The position numbers were made by a program, and so were the translations under genes. From an uncultured Verrucomicrobiae bacterium (lineage in GTDB: Bacteria > Verrucomicrobiota > Verrucomicrobiia > Chthoniobacterales > UBA10450): a stretch of DNA of 64,000 nt. The first letter of the stretch is position 1. Each line of letters opens with the position of its first letter. The notes beneath the pieces are model-generated. The model was not told the origin of the DNA. It worked only from the letters and a program-made list of their open reading frames with translations, and searched no databases. Of this stretch, positions 57,958 through 64,000 are shown one piece after another. The stretch covers positions 1,088,001 through 1,152,000 of the forward strand of contig CAVWPA010000003.1 of NCBI GenBank assembly GCA_963756875.1, given 5' to 3'.

Positions 57958-58554
57958 TCACCTGCGCGCCGGCAGCAGCGTTTTTCGTAACACCAGCGCG
58001 GTGACGAGCCCGACGCACAAGAATCCGATGAGCTGGATGGAAATGTAACTCGCGGTGTAAATGCCCGGGAAACCGTACCAGTTCCAGTAGGGAATGTTTG
58101 TCGCAATAGAGGCGAGGATTCCCGTCACAAAAATAAAACCGACCCGGCCGCCGAAACCGCCGATCGTGGTTTGAGCAAGCAGCCAGACTGCAAGGATTGC
58201 CTCGATCAGCTCGGTAACAAATTCGATCCCTAAAAAGCGGCCCATGGCGAATTGTCGTCCCGGTGGGTGATACATAAGCAACCCGGACGGGTTCGCTCCG
58301 ATTTTTTCGCCCATTTGCTTCATTGCTTCGCTCTTTTGCTGCCGGGTTGGGTTCGGTCCGACGCCGAGACCCGGGAAATAGTAAAGCCCAGGGGCGTTGC
58401 CGATGCTGGATTGCATCGCTGAAAGGACGGCAGATTCGTTTGGAATCTCTTTGATACCGGCATCGCCCAATGGAAGCACCATGTGCGCGATCGAGGTCCA
58501 GATAAACATAACGATTCCGCCGAGAACGCCTGCGAAGAAAATGCGTGTGGTCAT
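57958..58554 (-). CDS. Hypothetical 4-TM membrane protein
   Basis: GVLGGIVMFIW..IAHMVLPLG, GLYYFPG, IPYWNWYGFP. Confidence 0.75.
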   Translation of the reverse strand: MTTRIFFAGVLGGIVMFIWTSIAHMVLPLGDAGIKEIPNESAVLSAMQSSIGNAPGLYYFPGLGVGPNPTRQQKSEAMKQMGEKIGANPSGLLMYHPPGRQFAMGRFLGIEFVTELIEAILAVWLLAQTTIGGFGGRVGFIFVTGILASIATNIPYWNWYGFPGIYTASYISIQLIGFLCVGLVTALVLRKTLLPARR

Positions 58555-58649
58555 ACGCCGAATTACAAACGAAACCGGCTGAGCACGGAAGCTAAAACGG
58601 AACCGCTGCGCTGAAGCTCCAAATCAACACTGCTATGAGCGCCCGCGCA

Positions 58650-59405
58650 TCAGCCCATGAAGAAGCCGCCGTTCACGTTCAAGACGTGGCCGGTGATGTA
58701 GCTTGCCATGGGCGAGGTGAGAAAAAGCGCGGCATCGACGATCTCGTTTACGTCGCCGAGCCGGCCGAGCGGGATCTGCTTGATGAAATTCTGCGTTACT
58801 TCGTCCGGCATACCCTTGCTCATACCGACGTCGATGAATCCGGGCGCGATCGCGTTCACGGTGATGTTTTGGCGCGCAAACTCGCGCGCCGACACTTTGG
58901 TCAGGGCGATGATCGCCGCTTTGCTCGATGAATAATTTGCCTGGCCGAACAGGCCCATTTGTCCGCTGACCGAGGAGAGGTTCACGATCCGTCCTCCACC
59001 GCGCAGTATCGCGCCCGCTTTTTGGGTCACGTTGAATGTGCCGATGAGATTTACGCGCACCACGCTTTCGAATTCCTCCAGTGACATCTTTTTGATCGTG
59101 CGATCGCGGATGACGCCCGAGTTGTTGACGAGAATATCGAGGCCGCCGTGCCGCTCCTGGATTTGTTTCATCATCGATTCGACTTGCGCGGGCTGCGTCA
59201 CATCGCACTCGATGACCAGCGGATCCTTCAACTCTTTCGCCACGCGCTCGGCGTCCGCTTTGTTTTGGTTTTGCGGGTCGGCGACGTAATTGACGACACA
59301 CTGGGCGCCGCGCTGGTTGAATGCCTTGATTATTTCCGCACCGATGCCGCGTGAGCTTCCGGTGACGAGGACGATCTTGCCGCTAAAATCGAGAGGGTTG
59401 GTCAT
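58650..59405 (-). CDS. SDR oxidoreductase (FabG/acetoacetyl-CoA reductase-like)
   Basis: TGSSRGIG, LVNNSG, GQANYSSSK, VNAIAPGFI. Confidence 0.92.
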   Translation of the reverse strand: MTNPLDFSGKIVLVTGSSRGIGAEIIKAFNQRGAQCVVNYVADPQNQNKADAERVAKELKDPLVIECDVTQPAQVESMMKQIQERHGGLDILVNNSGVIRDRTIKKMSLEEFESVVRVNLIGTFNVTQKAGAILRGGGRIVNLSSVSGQMGLFGQANYSSSKAAIIALTKVSAREFARQNITVNAIAPGFIDVGMSKGMPDEVTQNFIKQIPLGRLGDVNEIVDAALFLTSPMASYITGHVLNVNGGFFMG

Positions 59406-59533
59406 TTTGCGATTTAACGATTTAACGATTCGCTGATTCAAATCATTTTAAAGCTAAATCACCAAATTGGTGGATTACCCAATAGCTTCGTGATTGCCGG
59501 CTAATAGAACGTGGTAGGATTTTTGGCGTTTTT

Positions 59534-59605
59534 CTGTAGCGGCGCTCTATGAGCGTCGCATAAGCTTTCTTATAAGTTTGCGACGGTCATAGACCGCCGC
59601 TACAA
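59534..59605. repeat. GTAG-type REP doublet
   Basis: CTGTAGCGGCGCTCTATGAGCGTCGCA...TGCGACGGTCATAGACCGCCGCTACA. Confidence 0.8.
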
Positions 59606-59613
59606 GATTCTGA

Positions 59614-60810
59614 ATGGCTTCACCGACGCGTATCCTGACCGCCGTTCCCATCTGTGATGGGCACGATAGCGCGATCAATACGATCAATCTCGAATTTATT
59701 CGACACGGCATCGAGGTTGTTTATCTCGGCTATCACCGTTCCGTCGGCGATATCGTCCGTGCCGCAATCCAGGAAGATGTGCGCGCCATCGGCATTTCCA
59801 GTTATAACGGCGGCCATATCGAGTTTTTCGCCGAGGTCGTGAAACAACTGCGCAAACAGGGCGCGTCCGATATCAGAGTTTTCGGCGGCGGCGGTGGCAC
59901 CATTACGCTGGAGGACTCCAAGGCCATGAAACAGAGAGGCGTGGACAAGATTTTCTTTGCCGGGACATCGCTTGCGGAGATGACGGATTATGTTCGCAAA
60001 CATTATGGAAAGCCGCGGAAGAAAAGACCGCGCCCGAAGACGCGCGACATCGCGCTGGCGCATAAACTGAGCGAGATCGAAGACCGATATAGCAGAAGCA
60101 AACGCCGAACGCCCAACCCGCCTTCACGAGGCTACGGCGCGGCAGGCGCCCAACGCCCAACGTCGAAGTCAGCGAGCCGCGTCATAGGGTTTACTGGGCC
60201 TGGCGGAGCGGGTAAGACGACGCTGATTGACGAGCTGGTTCTGCGGTTCCTAACAAAGAAGCCGAAGGCGCGCGTCGCGATCTTGTCGCACGACCCAAGC
60301 GTTGTGGGCGAAGGCGCGCTGTTGGGAGACCGCGCGACAATGATTAATTCCCAAAACGATCGCGTGTTCATGCGCAGCATGGCCACGCGCGGACAAACGG
60401 GCGGACTTTCGCCGGCGACGCAGGATTGTCTCACGCTGCTTGCGCAATCGGGTTTCGATTACCTGATCATCGAAACGGTCGGCACCGGCCAGGAAGCGAT
60501 GCCGTTCAAGAAGAGTGGAATTGTCGATCAAATGGTGCTGGTAATGAATCCGGATTACGGCAGCAGATTGCAATTGCAGAAGATTGTGATGCTCGATCTC
60601 GCCGATATCGTGGTCGTGAACAAGAGCGATCTGCAACGCGCCAAGACGGCGCACACCGAAATCGAGCAGCGCCTCGATCAGAATCGCCGTCAGCAACGCC
60701 TGGTGGACACGGTCGCGAAACGCCACCGCGACGCTGGCGTTGATCGGTTGTTCGATTTAATTTCCGGGAGCGCCAGACCCGAACGCACGAAAGAACGGAG
60801 GAAGAAATGA
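59614..60810 (+). CDS. Cobalamin-binding domain fused to MeaB-type GTPase (IcmF N-terminal half)
   Basis: DGHDSAIN B12 motif, SSYNGGH, FGGGGGTI; TGPGGAGKTT, GALLGDR, RSMATR, IETVGTGQ, VVNKSD. Confidence 0.9.
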   Translation: MASPTRILTAVPICDGHDSAINTINLEFIRHGIEVVYLGYHRSVGDIVRAAIQEDVRAIGISSYNGGHIEFFAEVVKQLRKQGASDIRVFGGGGGTITLEDSKAMKQRGVDKIFFAGTSLAEMTDYVRKHYGKPRKKRPRPKTRDIALAHKLSEIEDRYSRSKRRTPNPPSRGYGAAGAQRPTSKSASRVIGFTGPGGAGKTTLIDELVLRFLTKKPKARVAILSHDPSVVGEGALLGDRATMINSQNDRVFMRSMATRGQTGGLSPATQDCLTLLAQSGFDYLIIETVGTGQEAMPFKKSGIVDQMVLVMNPDYGSRLQLQKIVMLDLADIVVVNKSDLQRAKTAHTEIEQRLDQNRRQQRLVDTVAKRHRDAGVDRLFDLISGSARPERTKERRKK

Positions 60811-62615
60811 GCAAACTCGGACAGGTGGTTGAGTCGGTGGAGAAGTACAACAAGTTCGTGCTCGATCAGGTAAAACGCGCGCGCTCCGACCAGGAATTCG
60901 GGCGCGATCTGCTCGGGCGTTGGAACGGCATCAAAGCGAAAATCCCGACCACCCGGACGCCGACCGGAATTCCGTTGCCGCGTCTCGCGTTGCCGGAGAT
61001 CGATGACCCGGGAGAGATCGCGCGCTATTTGTTTAGCGAAGGACTTCCGGGCGAGTTTCCTTATTTGAACGGCGCGTATCGCGAAATGTATCTCGAGCCG
61101 ATTCGCGAAGTTGAAAGTCTGGAGAAGAACGGCCAGGCGAAAAATGGAAAGACCGCCAAGAAAGTGACGCCGACCGAGGAACCGACGCGATTGTTTTCCG
61201 GTTTGATGCTGGCAGAGGACACGAACGAACGGTTCCATTTTCTTACCGCGCATCAACGGACACACCGGCTGAGCACGGCGTTCGATGGGCCGACTCTTTA
61301 CGGTATCGACAGCGACGCGGACGGTGTTTTTGGAAAAATCGGCGAGGGGGGTGTGGCCATCGACACGGTCGAAGACATGGTCCGGCTCTATGACGGATTC
61401 GATCTCGGCTCGCCGAATTTCTCCGCGTCGATGACCATCAGCGGCCCGGCGCCGATCATCATGGCAATGTATATCGCGGCGGCCAAACGGCGGTTTGGTC
61501 CAAAAGTGGTTGCGAAACTGCGCGGCACGATTCAGGCCGACATTTTCAAGGAAGTGCAGGCGCAGAACGAAACGATTTTCCCAATCGAAGCATCACTGCG
61601 CTTTTTGACGGACATGGTCGAGTTCACCACGCGCGAAATGCAGCGCTGGTATCCGATTTCGATCAGCGGTTATCATATTGGCGAAGCCGGCTCGACACCG
61701 GTGCAGCAGGCTGCTTACACGCTCTCCAATGGTTTTGCCTATGCGGAGATGTTCGTCGCGCGAGGCATCCCGGTGGATCGATTCGGCCCTCGGCTTTCGT
61801 TCTTCCTCGATTGCGGACTGGATGTGGAATACATCGCGTTGGCTCGCGTTTCGCGCCGGATCTGGGCAATTGGAATGCGGGAGATATTCGGGGCGGGCCC
61901 GCGCGCTCAGCTTTACAAGTTGCACACGCAAACGAGCGGACGCTCGTTGATCGCCGCTGAGTTCAAGAACAATCTCACGCGCACCGCCGCGGAATTGATG
62001 CTCGCGTATATGAACGCAACGAATTCATGCCACTCCAACAGCGCGGACGAGCCGTTTACTACGCCAAGCGAAGAATGGATCCGGCTGGCCGCAAATGGCC
62101 AGGCAATCCTGCTGGAGGAATCCGGGATCTTCAAACACACAATGAACATGTTGAGCGGTTCGCCCGGAATGAAAGCCGTCGAGCGCGCCGTGGAAGCTGC
62201 GATTCTCGATGAATTCCGCGAGATCGAGCGGCTGGGCGGTGTTCTCGCGGCAGTGGAAGACCGTTATCAGCGCAGCCAGATTCAGAACGCCGCGCATCGT
62301 TACGAGCAACAGATCTACAACGGCATACGGCCGATTATCGGACTTAATCGGTATCGCAACGGCACCGACGACGTTCCGGAGGTGAAGCTGGCGCGCACGC
62401 CGCGAAAGAAGCAGCAGCTTCAAGTCGATCGGCTCGCCAAATTCAAAAGGAAAAACGCGGAGAAGGCGAAACGGGCGCTCGATAAGCTTGCGGAAGTGGT
62501 GGAACGCCGCGTCAATTGTTTTCCGGCGCTGCTCGACGCCGTTGAGGTTTGTTCGTTAGGCCAGATTACCAGCCGCTTGCAAGAAGTGGTGGGGCGGTTT
62601 CGGCCCATGGTGTAA
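60807..62615 (+). CDS. AdoCbl-dependent acyl-CoA mutase catalytic subunit (IcmF C-terminal half)
   Basis: PGEFPY, EPTRLFSG, RLSTAFD, RGTIQADIFKE, SISGYHIGEAG, HTQTSGRSL; ATGA-coupled. Confidence 0.9.
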   Translation: MSKLGQVVESVEKYNKFVLDQVKRARSDQEFGRDLLGRWNGIKAKIPTTRTPTGIPLPRLALPEIDDPGEIARYLFSEGLPGEFPYLNGAYREMYLEPIREVESLEKNGQAKNGKTAKKVTPTEEPTRLFSGLMLAEDTNERFHFLTAHQRTHRLSTAFDGPTLYGIDSDADGVFGKIGEGGVAIDTVEDMVRLYDGFDLGSPNFSASMTISGPAPIIMAMYIAAAKRRFGPKVVAKLRGTIQADIFKEVQAQNETIFPIEASLRFLTDMVEFTTREMQRWYPISISGYHIGEAGSTPVQQAAYTLSNGFAYAEMFVARGIPVDRFGPRLSFFLDCGLDVEYIALARVSRRIWAIGMREIFGAGPRAQLYKLHTQTSGRSLIAAEFKNNLTRTAAELMLAYMNATNSCHSNSADEPFTTPSEEWIRLAANGQAILLEESGIFKHTMNMLSGSPGMKAVERAVEAAILDEFREIERLGGVLAAVEDRYQRSQIQNAAHRYEQQIYNGIRPIIGLNRYRNGTDDVPEVKLARTPRKKQQLQVDRLAKFKRKNAEKAKRALDKLAEVVERRVNCFPALLDAVEVCSLGQITSRLQEVVGRFRPMV

Positions 62616-62636
62616 CGAGCGATCGCCCCACCGGCT

Positions 62637-63053
62637 TTATTTCTTCACTCGCTTCAAGCGGATGTTTTCCCCGTAAAAGGCGACGCATCGAGAATCGACC
62701 ACGCGGGTCATCTTAAGTGACACGATAACGTCCTGGCTGGACCGCACGATGGTCCCGGTGCCGGTGTTGCTGAAGCTGTCCTCGAACTTGAACTCGACCG
62801 TGCCTTTGCTGGTTACTTTCCCAGGTCCCTCGGCTTCTGGCCCTGCGCCATGGCCATCGTTGTAACCGGCGCTGAACCAGACCGACAGGGTGTTTCCGTT
62901 TTGTTCCAGGCTCATTTGAAACACAGCCTGGCCGTTCAGGAAATTCTTGTTTGCGTACTCGCCGGCAAAATTCGGCGCGTCGGCGCCAGACGCGCTCGAC
63001 GTAACCGCAATTAAAGCAGTCGCGACAATGAGAACAGATAAGATCGGTTTGAT
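62637..63053 (-). CDS. Secreted hypothetical protein (start codon appears to be ATC)
   Basis: Frame open upstream of the track ORF: IKPILSVLIVATALIAVTSSASGADAPNFAGEY... Confidence 0.55.
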   Translation of the reverse strand: MKPILSVLIVATALIAVTSSASGADAPNFAGEYANKNFLNGQAVFQMSLEQNGNTLSVWFSAGYNDGHGAGPEAEGPGKVTSKGTVEFKFEDSFSNTGTGTIVRSSQDVIVSLKMTRVVDSRCVAFYGENIRLKRVKK

Positions 63054-63226
63054 GCGGCCAGACTAAGGATTTGCGCGATGCGCGACAAGCGAACAAGAGC
63101 GCCCTGAGATGTCGTGGGGTGAAGTCTTCGCCCAAAATGCGCGGGTCGAGGGATTCGAATTGTGAGCGTTATGGAGGGCGGTATGATGGGCGGAACCATC
63201 AGGGTGCTGAGGCTTTGCCATTTATT

Positions 63227-64000
63227 ATGAATTCTTTGCAACCAGACGTCGGCGAAAGTGCCCGCGCGAGGATTGCATGGCGACTTCTTCCGTTTCTCTT
63301 CCTGCTTTACGTCGCGAATTATCTCGATCGCACCAACATCGCGTACGCGACGCTCGGGATGAAAGGGGACCTGGGTCTGAGCGATTCGGTCTTTGGAACG
63401 GCCAGCGGAATTTTCTTTATCGGCTATCTTGGGCTGCAGATTCCCGGCGCGCTTCTGGTGGAGCGCTGGAGCGCCAAGCGCTTACTGGCGCTAACGCTGA
63501 TTACCTGGGGCGGACTCACAACGCTGACAGGTTTCGTCCGTACTCCGATGCAGCTTTACGGCGCGCGTTTTTTGCTGGGTGCGGCCGAGGCGGGGTTCTT
63601 TCCCGGCGTCATTGTTTATCTTTCTCACTGGTTCGTCGTCCAGGATCGGGCAAAGGCCGTGGCGCGGTTTATGTCGGCCATACCGATTGCCTATATTGTT
63701 GGCGGACCTCTTGCCGGTGCGATTCTAGGCGTCCACTGGCTTGGCACTCCCGGGTGGCGCTGGCTGTTTCTGCTGGAAGGGGTGCCCGCCGTTGTTTTGG
63801 GAACGGCGACGCTGTTCGTGCTGCCCGATCGGCCTAACGAGGTGCGATGGTTGCGCACACCCGAACGCGATTGGCTGACTGCCCGCCTTGCCGGGGAGCG
63901 GCAGACCAAAGCGCACGTCGAACACGTCACGGTTTGGCAGGCGCTTCGCCATCCCGCAGTTCTGTTGCTTACCGCCGGGCTGTTCTTTTGTTACACGGGC
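63227..64000 (+). CDS. MFS transporter, ACS family (TtuB/tartrate-like), truncated by the window edge
   Basis: MNSLQPD...RLLPFLFLLYVANYLDRTNIAYA, RFLLGAAEAGFFPGVI.YLSHWF, GWRWLFLLEGVP. Confidence 0.9.
   Translation, partial: MNSLQPDVGESARARIAWRLLPFLFLLYVANYLDRTNIAYATLGMKGDLGLSDSVFGTASGIFFIGYLGLQIPGALLVERWSAKRLLALTLITWGGLTTLTGFVRTPMQLYGARFLLGAAEAGFFPGVIVYLSHWFVVQDRAKAVARFMSAIPIAYIVGGPLAGAILGVHWLGTPGWRWLFLLEGVPAVVLGTATLFVLPDRPNEVRWLRTPERDWLTARLAGERQTKAHVEHVTVWQALRHPAVLLLTAGLFFCYTG

Noticed and set aside
59406..59613. Cobalamin riboswitch upstream of the B12 mutase genes
   Set aside because: No B12-box recognised; the hairpins are a REP doublet
63138..63160. tRNA-like 3' fragment (reverse strand TTCGAATCCCTCGACCCGC)
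   Set aside because: No pairing T-stem 5' strand, no CCA and no remaining cloverleaf
63158..63172. lac-operator-like AATTGTGAGCG upstream of the MFS gene
   Set aside because: Only a half site, and no LacI-family gene is in the window

Overview
GC-rich bacterial chromosomal window. A PEP-CTERM protein, an 'FFAELKRRNVYK'-type TolB/TPR protein and dense short intergenic repeats suggest a soil Verrucomicrobium (Chthoniobacterales-like); this assignment is inference. It holds about 55 CDS and no recognisable rRNA, tRNA or CRISPR array. The first 14.5 kb carries housekeeping and envelope genes (nth, two FemAB-like GNATs with an SMR pair and an arginase-fold gene, MscS, acpP, rpmB, PiT/DUF47, mgtE). 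From 14.5 to 62.6 kb the window is rich in acyl-CoA and lysine metabolism. The main candidate system is a co-oriented minus-strand set: ATP-citrate-lyase-like beta and alpha/lyase subunits, an HD-like protein, a fungal Lys4-type homoaconitase, a homoisocitrate-dehydrogenase-like enzyme and an MmgE/PrpD dehydratase. It lies between lat-pcd (lysine to 2-aminoadipate) and glutaryl-CoA dehydrogenase, which suggests an undescribed homocitrate-based route, possibly a reversed alpha-aminoadipate pathway. A second layer is small mobile DNA. It includes a GxxExxY PD-(D/E)xK nuclease gene bracketed by 30-bp inverted CACGAAT arrays with empty copies elsewhere, and a 30-bp element that inserts into other repeats and in frame into a CDS. 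There are also REP/REPIN-like palindromes that supply stop codons, a MITE, and a 2-kb island flanked by a duplicated gene 3' end. Four genes between 24.6 and 34.3 kb each carry two apparent +1 frameshifts, probably sequence errors.
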